The notes under the pieces were generated by a model. That model made no database searches. It was not told the origin of the DNA and worked only from the letters and a program-made list of their open reading frames with translations. From Pyrinomonadaceae bacterium (GTDB lineage Bacteria > Acidobacteriota > Blastocatellia > Pyrinomonadales > Pyrinomonadaceae), in assembly GCA_036001745.1 (NCBI GenBank), contig DASYTZ010000142.1, positions 1,131-65,130 of the forward strand: a stretch of DNA of 64,000 nucleotides. The letters are read 5' to 3'. Position numbers and translations under genes: made by a program. The stretch's first letter is position 1, and every line of letters begins with the position of its first letter. This document shows, piece by piece, positions 55,867 to 64,000 of the stretch.

Positions 55867-56531
55867 GCCTCAGCATTCCATTGATATCCAACCCCGCGCA
55901 CAGACCTTATGAACTCGCTGTGGGTATCGCCCAGCGACTGCCGCAGGTGCACGATCATGTTGTCCACCGTTCGCTGATTTCCCAGTTTGTCTTCGCCCCA
56001 GAGCCTATCGATGATTTCGTTGCGGCTCACCGCGCGCGGCGCGCTCGTAATCAGCAACTCAAGCAACTCGAAATCTCTGGCCGCCAGATATTCGCGTTGG
56101 CCGTCAGGCTGCACGATGGTGCGGCTATCCAGCTCAATCGTGCGGCCGTTGCACGTCACGTGATGGCGCACCGGATGTCTTTCAAAAACGTGCTGCACGC
56201 GCAAAAGCAACTCGCGCAGGTGAAAAGGCTTCGGGATAAATTCTTCGGCCCCGATTTCAAAGCCTTCCAAACGGTTCTCTGCGGTTCCCAACGCGGTCAT
56301 GAACATAATCGGCACTGACGAATTCGTTTTCACGTGACGTGCTATCTCAAAACCGGACCCGTCCGGTAACCCCACGTCCAGGATAACCAAGTCCCACAGC
56401 CTCTCGCCGAACTTCTTCAGTGCTCGTTGCTTCGTTTCGACCCATGAAACTTCGTAACCCTCGCGCGCGAGCCGATCGCGCAAGGTTGCTCCCAGCGAGC
56501 GATCATCTTCGACAAGGAGAATCGACTTCAT
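55863..56531 (-). CDS. OmpR/PhoB-family response regulator
   Basis: Receiver domain (LLVEDD...DLVILDVGLPDGSG...K) plus a winged-helix domain (RTVDNMIVHLRQSL...IRSVRGVGYQW). Confidence 0.9.
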   Translation of the reverse strand: MKSILLVEDDRSLGATLRDRLAREGYEVSWVETKQRALKKFGERLWDLVILDVGLPDGSGFEIARHVKTNSSVPIMFMTALGTAENRLEGFEIGAEEFIPKPFHLRELLLRVQHVFERHPVRHHVTCNGRTIELDSRTIVQPDGQREYLAARDFELLELLITSAPRAVSRNEIIDRLWGEDKLGNQRTVDNMIVHLRQSLGDTHSEFIRSVRGVGYQWNAEA

Positions 56532-57442
56532 GCCAGCTTGTGTCTCTGCTGCTCCGCCAAAACAGGTTGCGGCACGCTGGGCAGGTTCAACTCAGCGACA
56601 AATCCGCCGTCAGCTCCCGGCGCGAAATCTAGCGTCGCATCCATTCGTTTCGCCAGTTGGCGCGAAATATAAAGACCCACGCCGCTGCCGCTGCCGCGCG
56701 CATGCCGCACAAAGAGCTGGCCCAACTGTTTGAAGTCGCCCTTGAAACCTGTGCCGTTATCGGCGACGCGCAGCGTCAAACGGCCGCCGCTCAAATCGGT
56801 ACTAATTCGAATTTCAGATGCGTCGCCATGCGTCACGGCATTGTGGATCAAGTTCGTCAGTATGCTTTCGAGCGCACGACTGTCGCCTCGTACCACGCCG
56901 TCGCCTCTCTGGACAATCGACAAGTTCGGCCAGTGATATCGCAACACGTCCACGATTTGTCCGATGCGTACCGGCTCGTTCAGCAAGCGTCCGGTCGGCA
57001 GGTTCACTAAGAACAGCGAATTCTCGAGTTGGAGTTGCAGACGCAGTGTGTCCTGAAGCAAGCGGTCAAGCAGCGGATTCGGATTCGCGCCGAGATCTTC
57101 CTTCAAACTCTCGGCTTGCAAACGCAAACTCGCCAACGCCGTCTTCGCGTCATGCGTGAACGCGGCGAAGAACTCTTCAACTTGGGCATGCCGCTTCTGC
57201 TCGCGCCGCGCGTAATAAAAAAGCGCGAGTCCGCCGCCCACGAGCGATACGATCAGGATGCCGCCTTCCCACAAAAGCATCTGATAATGCCGCTGAAGCT
57301 GGTCTGCCTGTTCGACGTGAAACTGGCTCAACAAATCCAACTGGCGCAAGCCAAAGATCAGCCACCACACCGCGAGCGTGACGGTGAACGTGACCCAAAG
57401 GGCCACCAACAGAATCTTTATTCGGTCGCCTCCTTGCTTCAT
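56528..57442 (-). CDS. Sensor histidine kinase, minimal intramembrane-type (two TM helices, no HAMP/PAS)
   Basis: TM1 [23 protein letters not shown], a loop of about 25 aa, TM2 [19 protein letters not shown], then directly the H-box [13 protein letters not shown]-box [10 protein letters not shown]-boxes DNGTGF and GSGSGVGL. Confidence 0.9.
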   Translation of the reverse strand: MKQGGDRIKILLVALWVTFTVTLAVWWLIFGLRQLDLLSQFHVEQADQLQRHYQMLLWEGGILIVSLVGGGLALFYYARREQKRHAQVEEFFAAFTHDAKTALASLRLQAESLKEDLGANPNPLLDRLLQDTLRLQLQLENSLFLVNLPTGRLLNEPVRIGQIVDVLRYHWPNLSIVQRGDGVVRGDSRALESILTNLIHNAVTHGDASEIRISTDLSGGRLTLRVADNGTGFKGDFKQLGQLFVRHARGSGSGVGLYISRQLAKRMDATLDFAPGADGGFVAELNLPSVPQPVLAEQQRHKLA

Positions 57443-58761
57443 TGTTGATTGCGTGATTCTTTAGCTGCTTCCAAAATCGCGGCGCTCGCATTTTCGATTA
57501 TTCCGTCGTTGTGCGCGAGCGACACGAAACTAACCTCGTAACCGCTCGGCGCGAAATAAACTCCGCGATTCAATGCACTGTGAAAGATCCCCGCGAACTG
57601 TTCTGCATGTCCCGGCGGAATATCCTCGAGACGGCGAATGACCTTGTCCGTTTTCCCGTGCAGCCAAAACATAGAAGCAACGTACGTCAGTGCGAATGGC
57701 AAACCGCGTTGGTCGAACTCGGCGTTCAATTCATCACAGAAGCGCTTTGTGCGTTGCTCAAGTTGCGCGAATGCGTTGACGCGTTCGATTTTCTGGAGCG
57801 TGGCCAAACCTGCGCGCATGCCCACAGGATTCGCGCTCAATGTCCCGGCCTGGTAAACCGGACCCGACGGCGCGACCACTTCCATCAAGTCGCGGCGGCC
57901 GCCATAAGCGCCCACGGGGAATCCGCCGCCAATCACTTTGCCGTATGTGACCAAATCAGGCCGGATACCGAGCAGTTCGGCCATGCCGCCCATCGCGACC
58001 CGAAAACCCGAAATTACTTCGTCGAAAATTACCAAAGCGCCGTTCTGTCGCGCGATATTGACCGTTTGTTCTATGAACTCCCGGCGTTGAATCAGCAAAC
58101 CGTAGTTTGCCGGTTGCGGTTCGAGAATGACTGCCGCGATTTCCGGACCGTGCCGATCGAAAATGGCGCGCACACTCTCTTCGTCATCCAGCGACGCGAC
58201 CAATGTTTCGCTCGCGACGTTTTCAGAAACACCGGCGCTTGAACTAGCGGCAACGCCTGCCAGGCCGCTGCCGGCTTTGACGAGCAGGGAATCAGCGTGG
58301 CCGTGATAACAACCTTCGAATTTGAGAATTCGTGACCGACTGGTTGCCGCGCGGGCAACGCGCAGCGCGCTCATTACGGCCTCCGTGCCGGACGAAACGA
58401 AACGCAGCATCTCGACCCAAGGGACGCGCGCAACGATCCATTCGGCGAGCTCAAGCGAATAAGGTTCGCAAGCTCCGAAGCTCCAGGCCGTACTAATCGC
58501 TTCGTTGACAGCTTCGCTCACGTCCGGGTCGCGATGACCGAGCATCAACGGCCCGAAGCTCTGACAGAAATCAATATACTCGCGACCTTCGACTGACGTG
58601 AGAATTGCGCCTTGGCCGCTGCGGAAGAAGATCGGCGTGCCGCCAACGCCCTTGAACGCGCGCACGGGGCTGTGAACGCCGCCGGGGGAGACGCGCAGCG
58701 CACGGTCGAAGTAATCGCGTGATGTTTGTTCTTGAGCCTGAGCCGGCCTTTGAGAAGTCAT
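57439..58761 (-). CDS. hemL: Glutamate-1-semialdehyde 2,1-aminomutase
   Basis: [12 protein letters not shown] and the class-III aminotransferase body (DEVISGFRV). ATG at 58761. The stop overlaps the kinase ATG (ATGA). Confidence 0.9.
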   Translation of the reverse strand: MTSQRPAQAQEQTSRDYFDRALRVSPGGVHSPVRAFKGVGGTPIFFRSGQGAILTSVEGREYIDFCQSFGPLMLGHRDPDVSEAVNEAISTAWSFGACEPYSLELAEWIVARVPWVEMLRFVSSGTEAVMSALRVARAATSRSRILKFEGCYHGHADSLLVKAGSGLAGVAASSSAGVSENVASETLVASLDDEESVRAIFDRHGPEIAAVILEPQPANYGLLIQRREFIEQTVNIARQNGALVIFDEVISGFRVAMGGMAELLGIRPDLVTYGKVIGGGFPVGAYGGRRDLMEVVAPSGPVYQAGTLSANPVGMRAGLATLQKIERVNAFAQLEQRTKRFCDELNAEFDQRGLPFALTYVASMFWLHGKTDKVIRRLEDIPPGHAEQFAGIFHSALNRGVYFAPSGYEVSFVSLAHNDGIIENASAAILEAAKESRNQQ

Positions 58762-58815
58762 GTCAGGAATTATCCAAAGCGCCGTCGCCGCTGCGCTCTG
58801 CCGGCGCACTCCAAA

Positions 58816-59790
58816 TCAGATTCCGAGTCGCTTCGCGTAGCGCGCACCGTACGTGATGATGAACTGCGCGCCGGCGCGCTTGAAAACGTGCCACGTTTCC
58901 AAAAGCCCTCGATCAAAATCAATCAAGCCATTATCTGCCAGAAGCGACAGCCCCGCATACTCGCCACTAACTTGATAAGCGCCGACCTGAAGCGAAGTCG
59001 CATTCTTGATCGGTGTAATCAAATCCAACGAAGTCAGCCCCGGCTTGACCATCAAGAGGTCTGCGCCTTCTTCAGCACACCTGACGCTGCATGCGACCGC
59101 GTCTGTTCGATTGCGCACGTCGAGCTGATAAGCCTTGCGGTCGCCAAACTGCGGCGCCGAATCAGCCGCATTTCGAAAGGGCCCGTAGAAATTGCTGGCG
59201 AACTTTGTGCTGTAGCTCATCACCGGCACGAGATCGAAACCGTTTTCGTCCAGCTTCGCGCGAATGCGGGCCACGCGCCCGTCCATCATGTCGCTCGGGC
59301 TGATGCCGTCGGCGCCGGCTTCGGCAAAAGCCAGCGCGGAATTCGCGAGTTCGTCGAGCGTCGTCGGATGATCAATTCCTCTGTCATTCAATACTGCGCA
59401 ATGTCCGTGCGTCGTGTACGCGCACAAGCACGTGTCGACCCAAAGACAGAGACTGGAGCCGAACTGTTTGCGAATTTGCGAAATGATTTCACGTTCGAAG
59501 GCATGACTAAATTTGCTTTCGCGCTTTTCGCCGGGGACCGGGAATAGCAGGAAGTGCGTCACACCATCTTTCAGATCACTTTCAATCTGTTGCAAGGCAG
59601 ACGCAAGGCTGAGGCGTACGTTGCCACGCAGTCCGGCGATCGGTTCATCGGCGCCCAGGCCTTCAACTACAAAAAAGGGCTGAATTAGTTGCGCGCGATT
59701 GAACTCAGTTTCCGCGCCCAGATCGCGCAGATGTTGGCTCGCGCGCAGGCGCATCAAACGTTTCATCACTCGCTCATCTCCTTCAGCCAT
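58816..59790 (-). CDS. hemB: Porphobilinogen synthase (ALA dehydratase)
   Basis: LIQPFFVVEG, GISPSDMMDGRV, LMVKPG, YQVSGEY. The start is uncertain: 59790 or internal ATGs 8 and 12 codons downstream. Confidence 0.9.
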   Translation of the reverse strand: MAEGDERVMKRLMRLRASQHLRDLGAETEFNRAQLIQPFFVVEGLGADEPIAGLRGNVRLSLASALQQIESDLKDGVTHFLLFPVPGEKRESKFSHAFEREIISQIRKQFGSSLCLWVDTCLCAYTTHGHCAVLNDRGIDHPTTLDELANSALAFAEAGADGISPSDMMDGRVARIRAKLDENGFDLVPVMSYSTKFASNFYGPFRNAADSAPQFGDRKAYQLDVRNRTDAVACSVRCAEEGADLLMVKPGLTSLDLITPIKNATSLQVGAYQVSGEYAGLSLLADNGLIDFDRGLLETWHVFKRAGAQFIITYGARYAKRLGI

Positions 59791-59798
59791 TGCTCCGA

Positions 59799-59881
59799 TT
59801 CAGAACCCGGAGCGGTAGTCACGGGATCATGATCTCAAGTTGCGCTCTTGATCCGGTCGCTACTGCTCTCGGTTCTGACAC
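59799..59881. repeat. Degenerate second copy of the REP-like inverted repeat (TTCAGAACCCGGAGCGGTAGTCACGGGATCA ... TGATCCGGTCGCTACTGCTCTCGGTTCTGACAC)
   Basis: Same core as 13937..14057 (CAGAACCG.GAGC.GTAGCGACCGGAT), with imperfect arms and a 19-nt spacer. The right arm contains the last six codons and the TAG of hemC/D. Confidence 0.8.
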
Positions 59882-61359
59882 ATTTCTGTTAGCCATTCTT
59901 CGTGATCCAAGAATATGTGTGGCTGAACTCCGTTACGTTCAAGCGTCATCTGCGTATTTCCCGGCCCGCAGAAATGCGTGGATGATTTTAGCAATGGATG
60001 AAGCTGTTGCGCTCGTTCGAAACTCGAGCCGCTCGTCCAAAACAAATACTGCTTTCCGTCCAGGCTCGGACCGTTTTCTTTCGCAATCAGTCTGTACGTC
60101 GGCAGCGTTTCCATTCCGTTTTCGGCTGGGGCATCAGCGTGCGTCAGCTTCAGCCACTGCACGTCTCTTCCAACTAGCGTCTTAATTCGCGCGGTTTCCT
60201 GCTCGCCCAAGCCTTCAGCGCAACCATTCACCCAGACGCCGCGTTGCGCCAGACGCTCCCACGTTTTTAATCCGCTGGTCCAAACAATCTGCGAATCTGA
60301 GATAGACGAGCTATCAGGCAGCGCGTCTGCCTTGGCAATCCACAGCGGCGAATCCGGTATTCTCGCAGGTATTTTCTCGCGTTTGAACCAGTCCGCGTCG
60401 GATGTCTTTAACGGCCACATCAATTCGCGGGAAATCTTTGGTGGCCGCGGCCGAGCCGGCGCTAATCGGCAGTCACTGAGCACAATTCCCTCGTCAGTCA
60501 CCCCACGAACAAAAGTAATCTCGCCATACGGCCGCCGCAGGACGCTCGCGCCGATTTTCTGGTGGCACCCGCCGCCGTAGCTGCTGAGAATCTGCCGCTC
60601 ACGCGCGGCGCTCTCGAATGCGTCACGACAGTTCAGCGACGACAAAGCGTCTCGCAATTCCGGTCGGCCAATCTTGATTTCGACCGCCAGAGCGCCTTGC
60701 GCCGGCGCGCTTGGATTAGCGCGCAACGGCAAAACCATCCAGCGACATTGCGACAGCGACTTTCGTAATTCTGCTTGTGTCGCAGCGAACTCTTCTTCGG
60801 GCGCTTCTAGCAAACGGTCGAGCGCGGCCTTCGCGACAATCAATCCGTCGGCGCCGGGGTTCCATATTTTGCGCACGCGCGTCGGGACGTTGCCGCGCAC
60901 CGGCTCAAAAATTAACTCATCGATTTGCGTCGGCAGAGCAACGCGCAGAAATGAATCGAGGTTGTAGCTGCGGCGCGGCGACGAAGTCAAAATCGTTATG
61001 CGACGCGTCTGCTGAACCTCTTCCCATCTATCGCGGCGCACGAGCAGCAAATCGCGCATGTCAGCGCGCGGCAACGTGGCCGCAATCTCAGTCTCGGCAT
61101 CAGCTTCGATTGCCAAGTCCTTCCATGAGTGCACGGCGAGGTCATAGCGCCCGGCGAGCAAACCGTCGCGCAGATCCTGTGTGAAGACGCCTTTCTCAGG
61201 CATCTGCCAAAGCGGATCGTTTTGGTTCTTATCGCCGAGGGATTCGTGGAAGGAATACTCGAGCGTAATTTGCGAGTGTGTTACTTGAAGAGCGCGGCCG
61301 ACCTGAAATGCCTGAATACGCGCCAACTCGCTGCGACGCGCAGCGAGAATTACGCGCAT
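59860..61359 (-). CDS. hemC: Hydroxymethylbilane synthase fused to a C-terminal uroporphyrinogen-III synthase-like domain
   Basis: The N-terminal ~300 aa are HemC-like (RRSELARIQ..., GDKNQ, KGVFTQDL, DLAVHSWKDL). The C-terminal ~190 aa (IVWTSGLKTWERL...YLFWTSGSSFERA) resemble HemD half-domains. ATG at 61359. Confidence 0.8.
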   Translation of the reverse strand: MRVILAARRSELARIQAFQVGRALQVTHSQITLEYSFHESLGDKNQNDPLWQMPEKGVFTQDLRDGLLAGRYDLAVHSWKDLAIEADAETEIAATLPRADMRDLLLVRRDRWEEVQQTRRITILTSSPRRSYNLDSFLRVALPTQIDELIFEPVRGNVPTRVRKIWNPGADGLIVAKAALDRLLEAPEEEFAATQAELRKSLSQCRWMVLPLRANPSAPAQGALAVEIKIGRPELRDALSSLNCRDAFESAARERQILSSYGGGCHQKIGASVLRRPYGEITFVRGVTDEGIVLSDCRLAPARPRPPKISRELMWPLKTSDADWFKREKIPARIPDSPLWIAKADALPDSSSISDSQIVWTSGLKTWERLAQRGVWVNGCAEGLGEQETARIKTLVGRDVQWLKLTHADAPAENGMETLPTYRLIAKENGPSLDGKQYLFWTSGSSFERAQQLHPLLKSSTHFCGPGNTQMTLERNGVQPHIFLDHEEWLTEMCQNREQ

Positions 61360-62252
61360 AAATCTTCCCAACCGAAGGGGCGGAACTGTGCCTGTTCGAT
61401 TAGCCTTTGAGTGGCCTGCTTGATTTCATCTCGCGCGGCAGCGACGCGCGCGGCAAGTTTTGGCCGCTCGTTTTTCAGAGCGGCAAACATCTCTGACAAG
61501 CGGATGACAGGCAGCGAACTATTCAACGGATCGGTTTCAGCTTCGCCGCGAAGGTCGATGACCTTCACGAGAGGCGCTGATTGAGCACGCATCCATGACT
61601 CGACGTCACTCGCCTTGATTGGCGCAGCGATCACGATTGCCGTTTCCCGAGTTTCATCGATTGAAACGCCGGCCGTGAATTGCGCTAGTTTGGTTGCCGG
61701 AAACTCCTGAGTGATCCAGTTAGCGCGATCCAGATTCCTGGCGCAAACCGTCACGTCGGTCTTGCCCACGATCCACGGCAGAATTTCCTCGGCGAGTTGT
61801 CCCGCGCCCAGCACAACGACGGATGGAATTCCCTTCAAATGTTGACGCACCATACCGCCGTACGATTGACTGCCGAGGCCTTCGAGATGACGATTCCGCA
61901 CGCGCTTCGCATCGACCAGCAAATCCGAAGTCATGTGGCGGAGGAAGTGACCCCATTCATTCGACGGAAACCTCGCGTGCGCGCAGAACTCTTTGAACTG
62001 GCTCATGACCGCTGTCTCTGCCAGCAACGGCGAACGCAATCCACAAATGACTTCGAGCAGAAAATTGTAGGCGGCCTGGCCTCCGTAAATTTCGGAACCT
62101 TCAGGCAGAGCCGGAATCAACGCGGCGCTTTCAGATTTGTGCAGCAGGACGATTCGGCGCAGGCAGGTCTGCCATTCGAGACCGTTGATGGCGACCGGCC
62201 ATTTTTCTCCCGGTTTGGCGGCGTGGTGTAGAACTACGAGATCGTCCAGCAC
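61350..62252 (-). CDS. hemA: Glutamyl-tRNA reductase, short form (300 aa)
   Basis: WQTCLRRIVLL corresponds to STCNRxE. ICGLRSPLLAETAVMSQFKEF corresponds to GLDSMVLGExQILGQVK. NADPH site VVVLGAGQLAEE. GTG start. There is no C-terminal dimerisation domain. Confidence 0.75.
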   Translation of the reverse strand: MLDDLVVLHHAAKPGEKWPVAINGLEWQTCLRRIVLLHKSESAALIPALPEGSEIYGGQAAYNFLLEVICGLRSPLLAETAVMSQFKEFCAHARFPSNEWGHFLRHMTSDLLVDAKRVRNRHLEGLGSQSYGGMVRQHLKGIPSVVVLGAGQLAEEILPWIVGKTDVTVCARNLDRANWITQEFPATKLAQFTAGVSIDETRETAIVIAAPIKASDVESWMRAQSAPLVKVIDLRGEAETDPLNSSLPVIRLSEMFAALKNERPKLAARVAAARDEIKQATQRLIEQAQFRPFGWEDLCA

Positions 62253-62282
62253 GCCCCCATTTTAGAAATCCGAAAACGGCGA

Positions 62283-62300
62283 TTGTCATAGTTTTGTCAT
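62283..62300 (-). promoter_or_regulatory. Direct repeat ATGACAA-N4-ATGACAA (11-bp period) upstream of hemA; candidate OmpR-family regulator site overlapping a -35 position
   Basis: The minus strand reads CCAA ATGACAA AACT ATGACAA TCGCCGTTTTCGGATTTC TAAAAT GGGGGC GTG. The proximal repeat lies 18 nt upstream of a TAAAAT hexamer. Confidence 0.35.
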
Positions 62301-62358
62301 TTGGCTGAGGAAATTTCAGATTTTCGCCGCCGTTTGTGACGCTGATCACGAACGGAAC

Positions 62359-64000
62359 TCAGTTCGGCAGAAATCGCCAGCTCGTCTTGAAATCGCGTGT
62401 CAGCCTCTGGTTCGTCAGAATCGCGCGCACCATTTCGACAGGGATGCGGTTCTCTTTGTAAATCCAATCGTGAAACTCGCGGTTCTTCATCTTGCCTGAG
62501 TCAACCAGCTCGTGATGCAGCGCGTAGAACTGCCGCCCGCCGACCAGGTAAGCGATCTGATAAAGCGGTCCATAACTGCCGTCGAAACTTCTTCGTACTT
62601 CCGCCGTTGCGTTGTCACGTTCGTGGCCGACGCGATTCACGAGAAAATCAATGCACTGCTGTGGTGTCATCTTTTCCAGATGAAAGCTGAGCGAAAAAAT
62701 AATCCGCGCACAGCGGTGCATATGCCAGAACAACATGCCGATGCGGTTCTCGGGCGTCTTTGGGAAACCCATGTCCCAGAACAAAAGCTCCCAATACAGC
62801 GCGCCGCCTTCCGTCCAGAATGGCGTTCCGAAGAGACCGCGGTACGGTTTGTATCGCGCCGTCATAAACCCTTGCAGGTGATGGCCAGGTATTAGCTCGT
62901 GAAAGACCGTCGCGCGTGCGAAATGCCGGTTGTTGCCACGCATCGACATCATCTTTTGTTCATGCGACATGGTGTTGGTCGGATAAGAAACCAGGATGGT
63001 TTCGCCGCCGAGAAAGAACGGGCTGACCAGTTGCCGCTCTGGCGTCATCATTTCCATGCGCCATGTGTCGCGCGCCAGTTGAGGCACCGTGATGAGGTCA
63101 TTGTCGTCGACGTATTTAATTGCTTCGAGCGCGAGGTCGCGAATCATCTCAGGTTGCTTGCCCGGCTCCACGTAAAGATTTTTCACGTGCTCGAGCGCTT
63201 TCTTCCAATCGTCGCCGTAGCCGAGATCTCGCGAAGCCTTCTTCATCTCGTTCTCGCACCAGGCGAATTCTTTTTCAGCGAACGCAATCAGTTCTTCCGG
63301 CGTGTAGGGAATCATCTCGAATTGTAGTTCGCTGATGAGCGCGTCGCGGCCAATCGGATCGCCGACAATGTCACTGGTATCGCCGGCGCGTGGTGCGGCA
63401 ACCGTCCGTTGACCCTGGGGTGGGCCGCCACCTTGACCGCCCGCACGTGGGCCGCCCTGGGTCGCCGCTGCGGCTGCACTGCGCAATCCAACTACACGTT
63501 CGCTGAGGAAAGACGCGTAGCCATTAAGCGATTCATCCAGGGCCTTATAAGGTTCTTCATTCCACCACGTGAACACAGGATCGTAGCCGTTGTAGAACGT
63601 GTACCAGTTGCGCAGGTTGTTTCGCAGATTGTTGATCGCGCCGACGGCGCGAAAGGCAACGGTCTTCTTCGCTCTGATTACGTCGTTTTCGTCGGCTGCG
63701 GCCTTCAACCCGGCTTCGATTACTTTGCGAGTGTCGTCAATCTGTTTTTTCAAACTAGTTAAGGTTGCTGCCGTTTTCGCGGAATCGATCGGCTCCATCC
63801 GGCGGCGCGCTTCTTCCAAGTCGACAATCGTTTGCGCAAACGGAATCAACGATTGCATCTCGGCGAGTTGTTTCTCTTCGATGTCCAACTGACGCAGTTC
63901 ATGTTCGAGATGATTGCGAAACAAAATGTAGTCCACCTTGCCGGCTTCACTCATTGCGTCAAAATCGAGTTGCCGAAGGCGTTGGAGCGCGTCGGAATAG
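62359..64000 (-). CDS. DUF885-family (metallopeptidase-like) protein, 5'-truncated by the window edge
   Basis: FHELIPGHHLQ motif and overall DUF885 layout. The frame stays open upstream of the first ATG (63954) to position 64000 (YSDALQRLRQLDFDA...). Confidence 0.75.
   Translation of the reverse strand, partial: YSDALQRLRQLDFDAMSEAGKVDYILFRNHLEHELRQLDIEEKQLAEMQSLIPFAQTIVDLEEARRRMEPIDSAKTAATLTSLKKQIDDTRKVIEAGLKAAADENDVIRAKKTVAFRAVGAINNLRNNLRNWYTFYNGYDPVFTWWNEEPYKALDESLNGYASFLSERVVGLRSAAAAATQGGPRAGGQGGGPPQGQRTVAAPRAGDTSDIVGDPIGRDALISELQFEMIPYTPEELIAFAEKEFAWCENEMKKASRDLGYGDDWKKALEHVKNLYVEPGKQPEMIRDLALEAIKYVDDNDLITVPQLARDTWRMEMMTPERQLVSPFFLGGETILVSYPTNTMSHEQKMMSMRGNNRHFARATVFHELIPGHHLQGFMTARYKPYRGLFGTPFWTEGGALYWELLFWDMGFPKTPENRIGMLFWHMHRCARIIFSLSFHLEKMTPQQCIDFLVNRVGHERDNATAEVRRSFDGSYGPLYQIAYLVGGRQFYALHHELVDSGKMKNREFHDWIYKENRIPVEMVRAILTNQRLTRDFKTSWRFLPN

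Noticed and set aside
57511-59547. 243-aa and 273-aa ORFs antisense to hemL and hemB
   Set aside because: Both are shadow ORFs opposite well-supported heme genes.
1-64000. tRNA, rRNA, tmRNA, RNase P, SRP RNA, transposases, integrases and prophage genes
   Set aside because: By-eye scans of intergenic regions for the T-loop (GGTTCGAATCC-like) and other signatures found nothing convincing, and no ORF translation resembles mobile-element enzymes. A covariance-model scan (tRNAscan-SE, Infernal) would be needed to be definitive.

Overview
Gene-dense, moderately GC-rich bacterial chromosomal segment with about 60 protein genes on both strands. I saw no rRNA, tRNA, CRISPR array, transposase, integrase or phage genes. 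My best taxonomic guess is Acidobacteriota, based on a VWFA-type exported protein of the kind common in that phylum, many exported TPR, BNR and beta-propeller proteins, and abundant intergenic hairpin repeats. This is inference only; no search was run. Most of the content is housekeeping: ppk, gdh, rpsA-ihfB, hflX, trpS-scpA-scpB-rluB, acyl-CoA dehydrogenase-meaB-mce, mtnP, waaC, cutA, fabI, purH. The most interesting observations are these. (1) A nine-gene minus-strand heme operon (hemA, hemC/D fusion, hemB, hemL, histidine kinase, OmpR-type regulator, hemE, hemN, hemY; 62252 down to 52126). A minimal intramembrane-type two-component system sits between hemL and hemE and is joined to its neighbours by ATGA/GTGA start-stop overlaps. 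A Pho-box-like 7-bp direct repeat lies just upstream of hemA. (2) Three families of intergenic hairpin repeats. The first is inverted arrays of tandem heptamers, which in one case enclose a four-helix-bundle (23S IVS / Avd-like) gene and elsewhere are empty. The second is a 31-bp REP-like inverted repeat, one copy of which supplies the stop codon of hemC/D. The third is a 20-nt palindrome pair lying inside the 5' end of the hemE ORF. (3) An exported protein-kinase-like protein next to an exported Cys-based phosphatase. (4) A local cyclic-nucleotide module (class III cyclase, orphan ABC ATPase, cNMP-binding DUF1003 membrane protein) with a nested palindrome in front of the receptor gene. (5) A visibly AT-richer hicAB toxin-antitoxin pair wedged between housekeeping genes. 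All functional calls rest on motif recognition by eye in the supplied translations. Starts were trimmed where the ORF track overlapped an upstream gene.
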